Assembly (NCBI GenBank): GCA_016208765.1
Contig: JACQXK010000032.1
Span: 118,385 to 182,384 of the forward strand
Source of the DNA: Candidatus Omnitrophota bacterium
GTDB lineage: Bacteria; Omnitrophota; Gorgyraeia; Gygaellales; Profunditerraquicolaceae
DNA length: 64,000 bases
Reading direction: 5' to 3'
Below, one piece after another: positions 1 to 9,773 of this stretch (positions within the stretch are counted from its first letter, which is position 1; each line of letters opens with the position of its first letter). The notes under the pieces are model-generated. The model had not been told where the DNA came from, did not search any database, and was given only the letters and a program-made list of their open reading frames with translations. Made by a program: the position numbers and the translations under genes.

Positions 1-474
1 AAAAGGCATAGCCCCTGCTTTGGCAAAACAAGCTGCAGCAATCAATAAATACGCCGCCAAACCCAGGCCTGAAGAATTGCCTGTCAAAGAAATATTGATC
101 TCATCCATTTGAATTGAACCGGAGAGAAAATATAAAATACTTATTCCCAATAACATTAACGCATCAGTCCCGCCGACAATCACAAATGTTTTCTTAGCGG
201 CTAAATTCGCTCCTTCCCCCCCAAGGTTTACCAAAAGATACAAAGTTAAACCTAAAATCCCCCAGAAGAATAGCAACAACACAAGATTATTAGTCAAGAC
301 AGCGCCTATAGCGCAAATTGCGGTAATTACCATATAAAGGTAATATTGAACAAGCCCGCGCTTTGCCTGCATAAATTTGGAAGAATAAACAAGGGCTAAC
401 ACCGTAAAAAAACCAATCGCCAGGACTACAAATCCATTAAGGCTGTCTAATTTAAACAACTGGAAAAAGTTCAT
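1..474 (-). CDS. Antiporter-like ion-translocating membrane subunit (NuoL/MrpD/HyfB family), partial, runs off window start
   Basis: Not in the ORF track. Translated by hand from ATG at 474, which overlaps the upstream stop as ATGA: MNFFQLFKLDSLNGFVVLAIGFFTVLALVYS...NNLVLLLFFWGILGLTLYLLV...AAKKTFVIVGGTD...FAKAGAMPF, typical Mrp/NuoL motifs. Confidence 0.9.
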   Translation of the reverse strand, partial: MNFFQLFKLDSLNGFVVLAIGFFTVLALVYSSKFMQAKRGLVQYYLYMVITAICAIGAVLTNNLVLLLFFWGILGLTLYLLVNLGGEGANLAAKKTFVIVGGTDALMLLGISILYFLSGSIQMDEINISLTGNSSGLGLAAYLLIAAACFAKAGAMPF

Positions 475-1667
475 TTTAATAAATTCTCTTTTATCTTATT
501 GGTTTTTTCCTGAGATAACTTGATCAAATCCCAACCATTGAGGATCTTCTTATTATCAGGTTTATTAATTACCGTCACTCTTTCTGTACAGCAATAGCAT
601 GGATCAACCGCAGCCAATGTAAGAGTGGCGTCAGAAATCGTCCCTCCTACTGCAGAAACCTTATCTGAGGCAACGTTCATAAAACTAGGCGCCCGTATTT
701 TGTGCCGTATCGGGCGGTTTGTTCCGTCGGACCTTATGTAATGAAAACATTCCCCGCGCGGCGCTTCAACCCTGCCAATACCTTCTCCGGCAGGAATATC
801 TTTTATGTCCGCGTCAATAGGGCCTTTTGGCATTTTATCCAAACACTGGCGTATAATACCTACACACTCGTATAACTCTAAAATTCTTACTACGGTCTTT
901 GCAAAAATATCACCTTCTTTTTCAATAATCACGTTCCAGTCTACCTTATCATATGCACCATATGGATCGTCTCTTCTAACGTCAATATTTAAACCTGAAG
1001 CCCTGGCAGTAGGCCCAACAACGCACCAATCAATAACTTGCTGCTTGGTTAAAACACCGACATCTTTAAGGCGCGCCTGAATTACCGGATCATCCATCAC
1101 AGCTCCCTTAAACATATCCACTGCCGGAACCAGTTCGTCTAAAGTTTTCTTAAGGATAGGAATATCTTCATCTTTAATATCTCTACGTACTCCGCCCACT
1201 TTAAACATGGCATAATTATTACGATTTCCGGTAATCATTTCAAACATATCCAGAATCGGCTCGCGATATTTCCAGGCCCACATCCAAACTGTATTATAAC
1301 CAATAAAATGCCCGGCAAGCCCCAACCAAAGAAGGTGGCTATGAATACGCTCCAACTCGTTAGTAATTGTTCTAATATATAGCGCACGCTCTGGCACCAC
1401 CAGAGACTCTCCTCCGAGAATATTCTCAACTGCCAAAACATATGCATAAGGATGGCTTGATGAACAAATACCGCAGATGCGCTCCACAAGAAAAGCTACC
1501 TGATCAAAATGCTTTGATTCAGATAATTTCTCTATCCCGCGGTGGTTATAACCGATAATAATATCAATATCAACGACCTTCTCCCCTTCAACATAAAGCT
1601 GAAAGAACTCTGGCTCTTCCTGCAAAGGATGATACGGGCCTATCGGGACAATTACTTTATGCGACAT
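471..1667 (-). CDS. Group 4 [NiFe]-hydrogenase large (catalytic) subunit, NuoD-like
   Basis: GPYHP, GYNHRGIEK, L1 motif ERICGICSSSH, EAPRGE, L2 motif DPCYCCTER. Both Ni-binding CxxC motifs are present. Start moved to MSHKVIVP (1667). Confidence 0.92.
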   Translation of the reverse strand: MSHKVIVPIGPYHPLQEEPEFFQLYVEGEKVVDIDIIIGYNHRGIEKLSESKHFDQVAFLVERICGICSSSHPYAYVLAVENILGGESLVVPERALYIRTITNELERIHSHLLWLGLAGHFIGYNTVWMWAWKYREPILDMFEMITGNRNNYAMFKVGGVRRDIKDEDIPILKKTLDELVPAVDMFKGAVMDDPVIQARLKDVGVLTKQQVIDWCVVGPTARASGLNIDVRRDDPYGAYDKVDWNVIIEKEGDIFAKTVVRILELYECVGIIRQCLDKMPKGPIDADIKDIPAGEGIGRVEAPRGECFHYIRSDGTNRPIRHKIRAPSFMNVASDKVSAVGGTISDATLTLAAVDPCYCCTERVTVINKPDNKKILNGWDLIKLSQEKTNKIKENLLK

Positions 1668-1669
1668 AT

Positions 1670-2095
1670 TTACTCTCTTCTTAAAGGATATTTGCCTTCC
1701 GGCCACTCATCAGCCAGCAATAGGCGTTTTAAATTTGGATGCCCGACGAACTTAATTCCCAGCATCTCCCACATCTCGCGCTCAATCCACTCAGCTCCGG
1801 GGAAAAGCGGGGTAATTGATTTCACCTGAGGGTCATTTTTATCCTGGATTAAAATCCTGACAGAAAACATTTCTCCTGTCTGATCAAAACTAAAATGATA
1901 AAGTATTTCAAGCCCCTGCAAAGTATCTACTCCGGAGGCCGTAGAAAACCTTAATCCCAAATCCTTAAATAAAAACCTGACCACTTCAAAAATATCTTCT
2001 GGTTTAACTGAAAAATAAATCCTTCTTACAGTCTTCTCTTCCCAGCTAACAATTTTTCCTGCAAGGCCTTCCTTTATCCTATCCTTTGTTTCCAT
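1670..2095 (-). CDS. Hydrogenase subunit, NuoC-like (30 kDa family)
   Basis: SITPLFPGAEWIEREMWEMLGIKFVGHPNLKRLLL, the NuoC signature. Confidence 0.9.
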   Translation of the reverse strand: METKDRIKEGLAGKIVSWEEKTVRRIYFSVKPEDIFEVVRFLFKDLGLRFSTASGVDTLQGLEILYHFSFDQTGEMFSVRILIQDKNDPQVKSITPLFPGAEWIEREMWEMLGIKFVGHPNLKRLLLADEWPEGKYPLRRE

Positions 2096-2098
2096 AAG

Positions 2099-2524
2099 TT
2101 ATTTCTCCCCCCGGATTTTCTTTACCAATTTTACAATCCCGTCAATAATTGCCTCGGGCCTTGGCGGGCAGCCAGGAATATAGACATCAACAGGAAGGAT
2201 AGAATCAAGCGGGCCTTCAACATTGTAACTATCCTTAAACATGTGCTGAGAAAGCGCGCACTGGCCCACAGCCACGACCACACACGGCTTTGGGGCCTGC
2301 TCATAAATCTTTTTCATCTTTGGCACAGACTTTTTGTTCATTGCTCCGGTAATTAACAGCGCATCGGCATGGCGCACAGAACCAACCAACTGGATCCCAA
2401 ACCGCTCTAAATCAAAACGCGGAGTCAGGCAGTCAAGGATCTCAATATCGCAATTATTGCAGCTCCCTGCGCTAACATGAAAAACCCAGATTGATTTAGT
2501 TAAAGCCTTTAGTTTAAGGTTCAT
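2099..2524 (-). CDS. Hydrogenase small subunit, NuoB-like [4Fe-4S]
   Basis: SCNNCDIE, RFDLERFG, RHADALLITG, VGQCA, PVDVYIPGCPPRPEAI. Confidence 0.92.
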   Translation of the reverse strand: MNLKLKALTKSIWVFHVSAGSCNNCDIEILDCLTPRFDLERFGIQLVGSVRHADALLITGAMNKKSVPKMKKIYEQAPKPCVVVAVGQCALSQHMFKDSYNVEGPLDSILPVDVYIPGCPPRPEAIIDGIVKLVKKIRGEK

Positions 2525-3441
2525 TTTCCGAATATAGCCAGCACCACCGCGATTACCGACAGAACAGTTGGAACCCTCCAGAAAAACCTCATTGCCTGGT
2601 CAATGCGTAAGCGCGGGTTAGTGTTTTTAATCAAAATAATTATTACTAAAATCCCCACAAACTTTAAGATCACAAATAACGGGCTTAAGTCCCTTCCTAT
2701 AAATAAAATAATCACAAACAGGGGCATTGTATAAAGCATGACTGCCTTTGTCAATTTAAATAAGGCCAATCCTAATCCTGAATATTCAATTAAAGCCCCG
2801 CCCATAATCTCCTGTTCAGCTTCTGAGGCATCAAAAGGAACAAGCCCAAGTTTTGCCTGCATGCAAAAAATAATGGACACAAATGCCAAGAATCCTGAAA
2901 AAGAAAAAACGTTTGAACCAAAGAACAACTGATGGTTAATAACTTTTCCTAATTGGATTGCGCCGGAACTTTTGATGATCATCGCAATAACCGCTAAAAT
3001 AAAAGGCAGCTCATAAGCTAAAACCATCTTCATTTCACGCGATGCCCCTACCGAAGCCAGGGGGTTGCGCGACGCAGAAGCCCCTAAAATAATTGCCACA
3101 GCCGGCACAAGCAAAAGATACAGAACAACGATTAGATCAGAAGAAAAACTTTTATCAGGATTCAAAATACTCCAACCTAAAATTGCCGCCACTAAACTTG
3201 CGCTTAAAAAGCCTAAAAAAGGAGATAGTAAGAAGGTAAATTTACCGCCTTGAGGGAAAATTGTTTCTTTCCCTGATAATTTAATAATATCCGTAAAGTT
3301 CTGGTGCCACGGAGGGCCAACCCTCCACTGCAGGCGCGCAGAAACCTTCCTGTCTATCCATCCGGCCATTAATCCGGCAAAAACACTAAACAGCAACCCC
3401 GGAAAAACCAAATAGTTAAATACAGATTTAAGTATTTCCAT
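2521..3441 (-). CDS. Hydrogenase membrane subunit, NuoH/HycD-like
   Basis: DRKVSARLQWRVGPP, PFDASEAEQEIMGGALIEYSG, NTNPRLRIDQ. Start moved to MEILK (3441). Confidence 0.9.
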   Translation of the reverse strand: MEILKSVFNYLVFPGLLFSVFAGLMAGWIDRKVSARLQWRVGPPWHQNFTDIIKLSGKETIFPQGGKFTFLLSPFLGFLSASLVAAILGWSILNPDKSFSSDLIVVLYLLLVPAVAIILGASASRNPLASVGASREMKMVLAYELPFILAVIAMIIKSSGAIQLGKVINHQLFFGSNVFSFSGFLAFVSIIFCMQAKLGLVPFDASEAEQEIMGGALIEYSGLGLALFKLTKAVMLYTMPLFVIILFIGRDLSPLFVILKFVGILVIIILIKNTNPRLRIDQAMRFFWRVPTVLSVIAVVLAIFGK

Positions 3442-3442
3442 A

Positions 3443-3937
3443 TTATCTTTTCTTCGGCGGCTGAACATCCTCGCGAGACCACTTGATGCTATGTACCGCC
3501 AGATGCTCACCGACAAAATAAATATTCTTTTCTAAATCTTCGCTTACTTCTTTAACCTCTATTGCCTTCTCCGGGCAGCTAACTGCGCATTTGGGCAATT
3601 CTTTTCCAGCGCCAAGGCAATAATCGCACTTAGAATCAAGATACGGAATAAAATCCTGAAAGATAATCCCAAAGGGACAGGCAACTGTGCAGGATTTGCA
3701 ACTCGTGCAGCGCATTTTATAACGTTTTAGATGCCCGTCTGTTGCGCGCTCCAAAGCCTTATGATAGCAGGCATTGACGCAAGGAGCGTCTTCACAATGC
3801 CGGCAGATTGTGGCAAATGTTGCATACTCCCGCAAAGAAGAAATCCCATTATTCTGCGGGTGATAAAAATAATCACAGGCAACTTTACATTCTTCACAAC
3901 TATTGCATTTGTCTAAATCTATGAACAATCTTTTCAT
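3443..3937 (-). CDS. 4Fe-4S dicluster electron-transfer subunit (HycB/DmsB-like)
   Basis: CNSCEEC..C, CRHCEDAPCVNAC, CTSCKSCTVACP, KCDYC...CAVSCP. Confidence 0.88.
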   Translation of the reverse strand: MKRLFIDLDKCNSCEECKVACDYFYHPQNNGISSLREYATFATICRHCEDAPCVNACYHKALERATDGHLKRYKMRCTSCKSCTVACPFGIIFQDFIPYLDSKCDYCLGAGKELPKCAVSCPEKAIEVKEVSEDLEKNIYFVGEHLAVHSIKWSREDVQPPKKR

Positions 3938-3974
3938 TTTTCGTTTATCGCTTTGGCTTTAAGTTTTTCGCTTT

Positions 3975-4793
3975 CTAATCCCAGATATCGTGATTATCCT
4001 TTAACTCTTCAAATGTAAACACCGGGCCGTCTTTACAGGCATAAAATTTACCAACCCTGCAATGCCCGCATTTACCCAAACCGCAAGACATGCTTTTTTC
4101 CATAGACAAATAAATATCCTTAGGCTTGAATCCCAATTCCAGCAACTTTAAAGTAACAAACTTCATCATAATTGGCGGGCCGCAAACCACTCCCACGGCC
4201 TTATTTAAATCTATAGACAAATCTTTTAAAATTGTAGTAACCAGCCCCACATTCCCCTGCCAGCTGGAATCCCCGACATCTACAGTAAACATGATATCCG
4301 TCTTCTTGTTCTTAGACCATGCCGGAACAAGATTTTTGTAAATAATATCGGCGGATGTTCTCGCCCCATAACGTAAAACTACTCTATTATAATTATCCAT
4401 GTCCCCAAATAAACTATACAGCAAAGAACGCAAGGGCGCCAATCCCACGCCTCCACCGACGATTAAAACATCCTTGCCCTTAAATTTATCCAGTGGATAC
4501 CCTTTGCCATAAGGCCCGCGAATCCCGAGAGAATCGCCTTTTTTTAAAGAATGCAATTTCTCTGTTACGCAACCGGCTTTAACAATAGTAACTTCAAATT
4601 TATCTTTAATTCCCGGGTCGGATGAAGGCGTAAAAGGCGCTTCCCCAATCCCAGGCACAGTTAATTCAACAAACTGCCCGGTACAAAAAGAAAATTCTTG
4701 TTTCGGCCGCAGCACAAAAGTCTTGATCAGGGCAGTTTCCTGAATAACGTCCTCAATTATTGCCTCAAACGGCTGATAAATATTTTTCTTCAT
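3975..4793 (-). CDS. FAD/NAD(P)-binding [2Fe-2S] subunit, sulfhydrogenase gamma/AsrB-like
   Basis: GQFVELTVPGIGEAPF, RGPYGKG, GGGVGLAPLRS, CGPPIMM, MSCGLGKCGHC...CKDGPV. Confidence 0.9.
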   Translation of the reverse strand: MKKNIYQPFEAIIEDVIQETALIKTFVLRPKQEFSFCTGQFVELTVPGIGEAPFTPSSDPGIKDKFEVTIVKAGCVTEKLHSLKKGDSLGIRGPYGKGYPLDKFKGKDVLIVGGGVGLAPLRSLLYSLFGDMDNYNRVVLRYGARTSADIIYKNLVPAWSKNKKTDIMFTVDVGDSSWQGNVGLVTTILKDLSIDLNKAVGVVCGPPIMMKFVTLKLLELGFKPKDIYLSMEKSMSCGLGKCGHCRVGKFYACKDGPVFTFEELKDNHDIWD

Positions 4794-5859
4794 ATAATTT
4801 TCTCAAAATATAACGGATATCAATCTTTCCCGGACAAACATCAATACACCTACCGCACCCGCAGCAGCCTTGTATGCCTAAATTATCAACAAAAAAATCA
4901 AACTTTTTTAAATAACGGTTGCGTAAACGCATATAACGCATCTTTAAAGGATTCGCCCCTCCGGCTACCCGTGAGAAATTCTTAAACATACATCCATCCC
5001 AAAGCCGCAACCTCTTGGCATTATCACCTGCAGGCTCGTCTGAAAGTAAAAAACAATGGCAGGTATCGCACATGAACACGCACCCGCCGCATTCAACACA
5101 GGTCTGCATCTGTTCATCCCAGACCTTGGAATTCAATCCGGAAAGCACAATCTCCTTTAGGACATCTTTCTTGGGAATCTTGTGGCAGGAAAGATGCTCA
5201 TCCATTTTCTTGATTACATTTTCCCTTTTCGCCGCCCTGCCCGAGGTTTGCCCCAAGCCAGCCGCAACAAAAATGTCTTTTAAAGAATCCGTAATGCGCC
5301 TTGCTTTATCCGAGGCAACATCTACAAGAAAACCTCCGGTAAGCGGAGAAAGATTAAAATCAAAACCCTCAGAAGCGTGAGGATTAATATCAAATGCCCG
5401 GCAAAAACAGGCTTCCTTAAAATTAGGACAATCACTGGAAATAATCAGGGCGTTTGATCTTCTTTCCTGGTATAGAGGATCTATTTCATTACCACCTAAA
5501 AAAACAAAATCCTGGATTTTTAATGAAAAAATATCACAATTCTTAACTCCGCAGATAGCCGGAGGTTTTTCCTGATTGTTTTGCGGTTGGTCCTTAAAAT
5601 AAGTGCAGGTTTCTTCCTTTATATAGGTAAGAAATGTGCGGATTGGCTCAATGCAACGGTAATCGTTATAAACTATATCTTCTTTATTTACTTCTGAAAA
5701 CTTCCTGAGGGCATAGTCATCGCTGGGCAGATTAAACCCGTAATCACATTTAATGCGGGAAGATGTTTCTACTCTCACAGGCACAAAGAGCTCGTATTCT
5801 TGTGCTATACGGTTGTAGAATTTAAAGACATCCTCGTCTTTTAGAAAATACGTTTCCAT
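4765..5859 (-). CDS. 4Fe-4S subunit, sulfhydrogenase beta/AsrA-like
   Basis: GVKNCD, C..CFC, CVECGGCVFMCDTCHC, RLWDGC, CCGCGRCIDVCP. Confidence 0.87.
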   Translation of the reverse strand: METYFLKDEDVFKFYNRIAQEYELFVPVRVETSSRIKCDYGFNLPSDDYALRKFSEVNKEDIVYNDYRCIEPIRTFLTYIKEETCTYFKDQPQNNQEKPPAICGVKNCDIFSLKIQDFVFLGGNEIDPLYQERRSNALIISSDCPNFKEACFCRAFDINPHASEGFDFNLSPLTGGFLVDVASDKARRITDSLKDIFVAAGLGQTSGRAAKRENVIKKMDEHLSCHKIPKKDVLKEIVLSGLNSKVWDEQMQTCVECGGCVFMCDTCHCFLLSDEPAGDNAKRLRLWDGCMFKNFSRVAGGANPLKMRYMRLRNRYLKKFDFFVDNLGIQGCCGCGRCIDVCPGKIDIRYILRKLYEEKYLSAV

Positions 5860-5934
5860 GCAGCAAAAACCTATATTTAGAGATTTTAGGAATGAAAATT
5901 ACAAAGACTGCTCGGCAATCTTTAAGAAGCTATT

Positions 5935-5963
5935 AAAATACCACACAAAAAAACAATTGTCTA
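5935..5963 (-). promoter_or_regulatory. Candidate sigma70 promoter of the hydrogenase operon
   Basis: Minus strand TAGACA-N17-TATTTT with a TGn extension (TGG TATTTT). Confidence 0.45.
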
Positions 5964-5971
5964 CTAAAATT

Positions 5972-6421
5972 TCAGGATTTTTGCAGCCTTTCCCTGACTA
6001 AGTCGCTTACAAGCTTGCCATCAGCCTGGCCACTGACCTTGGCATTGACCTCTTTCATTACCTTGCCCATATCTTTCATGCCGCAAGCAGAAGTAGCAAC
6101 TACAACTTCTTCAATGATCTTCTTAATTTCATCCGCAGAGATCTCCGGCGGCAGATACGATTTTAAAACTTCCATCTCTTTCTTTTCTTTTTCTGCCATC
6201 TCAAGGCGGTTTCCTTTAGTAAATTGCTCAATAGAATCCTGCCTTTGCTTTATCTGCTTCTTAATCACAGAGACCACCTCTGGGTCATCAAGTTTATCTT
6301 TCTTTTTGGCAACCGCAACATTAAGCATATCCGCGCGCAAAAAACTCAACACAGAACTCTTAACCGCATCTCTTGATTTCATTGCCTCTTTATAATCACT
6401 TAAAATCTTCTCCTCAAACAT
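5972..6421 (-). CDS. GatB/YqeY domain protein
   Basis: DYKEAMKS, KQIKQRQDSIEQF..GNR, YLP, KDMGKVMK, GQADGK. Confidence 0.92.
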   Translation of the reverse strand: MFEEKILSDYKEAMKSRDAVKSSVLSFLRADMLNVAVAKKKDKLDDPEVVSVIKKQIKQRQDSIEQFTKGNRLEMAEKEKKEMEVLKSYLPPEISADEIKKIIEEVVVATSACGMKDMGKVMKEVNAKVSGQADGKLVSDLVRERLQKS

Positions 6422-6493
6422 TTTTATCTCCTTCCCGCTTCCTCATATTCTCAATTTTTAACAAATTTTAAATTTGGTATTTTTATCTTTTCT

Positions 6494-7393
6494 TTAAAAA
6501 TGAAAGCATTTTTTGAATTGTCCAAGGCGCTCCTCCAGATCTCTAAGTTTCAATTTACCTGTCTTTTCAACACCAAACCCTTCAACATTAAGCGATGCAG
6601 CCACTGTCCCGTAGGCGAGTGCACGTTTTAAAGATAGTTGATCCAACTTTTGTACCTTTGCCAGATAACCCATAAACCCGCCTGCAAAAGTATCCCCTGC
6701 CCCTGTTGGGTCAATTACTTTATCCGTCGGATAAGCAGGCAGAGACAAAATAAATTTATCCGAATAAAACAAAACCCCATGCTCGCCTTTTTTAATTAAA
6801 ACCATCTTTGGCCCCATGGCATGCAAGGCTTTGGCTGCCTTAATTAAATGCGTTTCCTGGGAAAGCGAACGCGCCTCCTGGTCGTTGGCAACATATATAT
6901 CTACATATTTTAAAAGCCGGATAAGCTGGGCCTTTTTGTGATGAATCCAGAAATTCATACTATCTACACCCAAAAGACGCGGCTTAGACATGCTTTCTAA
7001 AACGTGCATTTGAATTTCAGGGTCAAGGTTAGCCAAGAAAACATATTTAGTCTTTCTTTGCTCAGGCGTAAGCTCGGGGCGAAAAGCTGCTAATACCCCT
7101 AATTCAGTACGCAAGGTGTTAGCGCTGTTTAAATCCCCCACATATTCGCCTTCCCATTTAAAACACGGCCCTTCTTCACAGACAACAGAAGCGGTATTAA
7201 TTCCCCTTTGTTCCAAAAATTTAATGTGCTTTTGGGGAAAATCTTTTCCCACAACCGCAACCAGGCTTACTTTTGTAAAAAGGCGCGCTGACATGGAAAA
7301 ATGAACAGCTGAACCGCCAAGCATAAGCTCGCGTTTTCCAAAAGGGGTCTTTACGGTATCTAATGCCACAGTCCCTAATACAATAATACTCAT
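6494..7393 (-). CDS. PfkB family carbohydrate/nucleoside kinase
   Basis: GTVALD, LGGSA, KKGEHG, DPTGAGDTFAGG. Confidence 0.92.
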   Translation of the reverse strand: MSIIVLGTVALDTVKTPFGKRELMLGGSAVHFSMSARLFTKVSLVAVVGKDFPQKHIKFLEQRGINTASVVCEEGPCFKWEGEYVGDLNSANTLRTELGVLAAFRPELTPEQRKTKYVFLANLDPEIQMHVLESMSKPRLLGVDSMNFWIHHKKAQLIRLLKYVDIYVANDQEARSLSQETHLIKAAKALHAMGPKMVLIKKGEHGVLFYSDKFILSLPAYPTDKVIDPTGAGDTFAGGFMGYLAKVQKLDQLSLKRALAYGTVAASLNVEGFGVEKTGKLKLRDLEERLGQFKKCFHF

Positions 7394-7417
7394 GACTCAC
7401 CTTTCTTTATTCTACGG

Positions 7418-8158
7418 TTAAACAAATAACAAGGTAATTATCGCTAATATAATACAATAATACGCAAAATACTGCAACTTTGCTTTCTTTAACGCCTGCC
7501 TGAAGAGCCAAAGCGCAAATAATCCGAATACAAAACTTGCCAGAAAGCCTGCTGCGACATTTCCAAACTGATTAGCCGCAACACAACTGATATCTTTTAA
7601 CTCTAACAGCGCCGCCCCCATGATCGCAGGAATTGCCGCTAAAAAAGAAAAGCGGAAACTCTCCTCTTTAGAGATACCGCGAAACAAAAGCGTAGAAACC
7701 GTGATCCCTGAACGGGATATTCCCGGCACAATAGCAATACCCTGCGTAATACCCAAAATAAAAGCATCTTTGAAACTTACCTTTTCGCGCTTAGCCTGCA
7801 TAAATCTCGCTGCAAAGAACAATACTCCCGCCGTAATAAACCATGAAAACGCTACAAGTTTAGGCGAAGAGAATAATTTTTCAAAAAAGTCCTTCCCTGA
7901 AAGGCCGATAACTCCGGTAATAAGAGTTATCAAACCAATTAGCATGACGGATTTTAAATCACGGAACAATTTTAAGATATCCCTAAAAAAGAAAACTAAC
8001 AAAGACAAAACTGTTCCTAAATGCAAAACAACCGAAACAGCTATAGTCCCGGTTTGCATACCAAATAATTTCTGCGCCACCACCAAATGCCCGGAACTGC
8101 TCACCGGAAGAAACTCTGTCAAGCCCTGAATAATACCTAATAATATGAATTTAATCAT
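7418..8158 (-). CDS. uppP: Undecaprenyl-diphosphate phosphatase (BacA/UppP)
   Basis: QGLTEFLPVSSSGH and PGISRSG motifs. Confidence 0.95.
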   Translation of the reverse strand: MIKFILLGIIQGLTEFLPVSSSGHLVVAQKLFGMQTGTIAVSVVLHLGTVLSLLVFFFRDILKLFRDLKSVMLIGLITLITGVIGLSGKDFFEKLFSSPKLVAFSWFITAGVLFFAARFMQAKREKVSFKDAFILGITQGIAIVPGISRSGITVSTLLFRGISKEESFRFSFLAAIPAIMGAALLELKDISCVAANQFGNVAAGFLASFVFGLFALWLFRQALKKAKLQYFAYYCIILAIITLLFV

Positions 8159-8208
8159 GACAAGAATAACTGCTCCTTTCTTAGGACAATAAATGTTTTG
8201 GGCATAAA

Positions 8209-8850
8209 TTAAACACTGCCTTCTGCAGGTTTTTTATCTACCAATTTCTTCATATCCTCGGGCAAATCTAACGACAACTGAATAAACTTGCCTGAAACCG
8301 GATGTTTAAATTCCAGCTTTTTTGCCTGCAAACAAAGGCGTTTAGACCTTAATTTAAAATCACGACGGAAGGAAAATTTATCCTCCCCCACAACAGGATG
8401 TCCAATCTGAGAAAAGTGGATCCTGATCTGATTCGTGCGCCCGGTAATCGGTTCTACTTCTAAAACGCTAAAATTATTTTTCTCCTTAATCAACTTGTAT
8501 CTTGTCTGGGCAGGTTTTCTTTCAATAGGAATATTTATTTCACCTGCTGCTTTAGCAATATGCCCCTGTACAAAAGCAATATATGTTTTTTTTATTTTTC
8601 TTTGATGGAACAAATCCATCATCTTTTTTTGGACCGATTTACCCTTGGCGTAAATAATTAAACCGGAGGTCTGGCGGTCAAGACGATGGCAGGGGTGCAA
8701 ACGATAAGAAATATTTCTTTCTATTAAATCTTGATTGAGAATGCTCGTGAGGGTTCGTGGCTCATTTTTGGGAGAGGGGATAGTTAACAGCCCTTGTGGT
8801 TTATCTAAAACCACAAGCCATTCGTCCTCGTAAATAACGGGGATATTCAT
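8209..8850 (-). CDS. RluA family RNA pseudouridine synthase
   Basis: DKPQG, HRLDRQTSG, TGRTNQIRIH, GHPVVGE. Confidence 0.92.
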   Translation of the reverse strand: MNIPVIYEDEWLVVLDKPQGLLTIPSPKNEPRTLTSILNQDLIERNISYRLHPCHRLDRQTSGLIIYAKGKSVQKKMMDLFHQRKIKKTYIAFVQGHIAKAAGEINIPIERKPAQTRYKLIKEKNNFSVLEVEPITGRTNQIRIHFSQIGHPVVGEDKFSFRRDFKLRSKRLCLQAKKLEFKHPVSGKFIQLSLDLPEDMKKLVDKKPAEGSV

Positions 8851-8851
8851 C

Positions 8852-9769
8852 CTAAATGACTTCTAACATCCTGTCTATTGCCTTTTTTGCACGCTGGCGT
8901 ATTTCATCAGAGACCCTGACTTCTTCTTTCAATTCTTCCAGCGCCCAAAGTATCTTTTCCTGTGTGGTCCGCTTCATGTTAGGGCAGGCCGCCCTTTCAG
9001 AAGCAGGATAAAATTCTTTTGCAGGGTTATCTTTTTTAAGCCTGTAGATCAGGCCAACCTCTGTACCGATGATCATTTCTTTTGCCTCAGTTTCCTTGGC
9101 ATATTTAGACATCTGGCTTGTAGATAATACTGCGTCTGCCATGGATACAACAGCAGGCAGGCACTCCGGATGTACAATCACCTTGGCAAAAGGATGGAAT
9201 TTTCTTTCTCTTTTAATATCTTCAGGTAAAATCTTGATATGAGTCGGGCAAAAACCGTTCCAGCTGATCAGCTTACGGCCGGTATTCTTAGAGACATAAT
9301 CCGCCAGATATTTATCCGGAACAAAAATAATCTCCTCATAATCGCGCAAGGCATTTACTACCGCAATGGCATTGGTAGAAGTGCAGCAATAATCTAATTC
9401 CGCTTTTACCTCTGCCGATGTATTCACATAACCAACAGCCACAGCCTTGGGATGCTCTTCTTTTAGTTTTCTTAATTCCTGCGCAGTGATCATATTTGCC
9501 ATCGGACAGGCAGCATGAACATCAGGCATGATCACCAACTTGTCCGGAGAAAGGATGGAAGCAGTCTCAGCCATAAAATGCACGCCGCAAAAAACAATCA
9601 CCTTGGCATTGGTAGTAGCTGCAATACGGCTCAATTCCAGGGAATCCCCGCGGTAATCTGCCACATCCTGCACCTCGGGAAGCTGATAATTATGCGCCAG
9701 GATTATGGCGTTACGTTTTTTCTTCAGCTCTTTAATTTTTGTTTCTACTTCTGAAATTTCTTTTTTCAT
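8852..9769 (-). CDS. nadA: Quinolinate synthase
   Basis: ILAHNYQ, GDSLELS, FCGVHFMAETA, CPMA, YVNT, CPTH, HPEC, CPNMK. Confidence 0.96.
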   Translation of the reverse strand: MKKEISEVETKIKELKKKRNAIILAHNYQLPEVQDVADYRGDSLELSRIAATTNAKVIVFCGVHFMAETASILSPDKLVIMPDVHAACPMANMITAQELRKLKEEHPKAVAVGYVNTSAEVKAELDYCCTSTNAIAVVNALRDYEEIIFVPDKYLADYVSKNTGRKLISWNGFCPTHIKILPEDIKRERKFHPFAKVIVHPECLPAVVSMADAVLSTSQMSKYAKETEAKEMIIGTEVGLIYRLKKDNPAKEFYPASERAACPNMKRTTQEKILWALEELKEEVRVSDEIRQRAKKAIDRMLEVI

Positions 9770-9773
9770 TGCC

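Noticed and set aside
471-3441. Respiratory complex I (nuoBCDH) or cofactor-less Ehr/Mbx complex
   Set aside because: The large subunit keeps both Ni-binding CxxC motifs (CGIC, CYCC), which NuoD and Ehr/Mbx subunits lack.
3938-3974. Short CGTTT/CGCTTT/GGCTTT iterations between hydrogenase genes
   Set aside because: Too short and irregular to call a repeat array or regulatory element.
3975-5859. Anaerobic sulfite reductase AsrAB
   Set aside because: No sirohaem AsrC gene is adjacent; the genes run directly into hydrogenase subunits.
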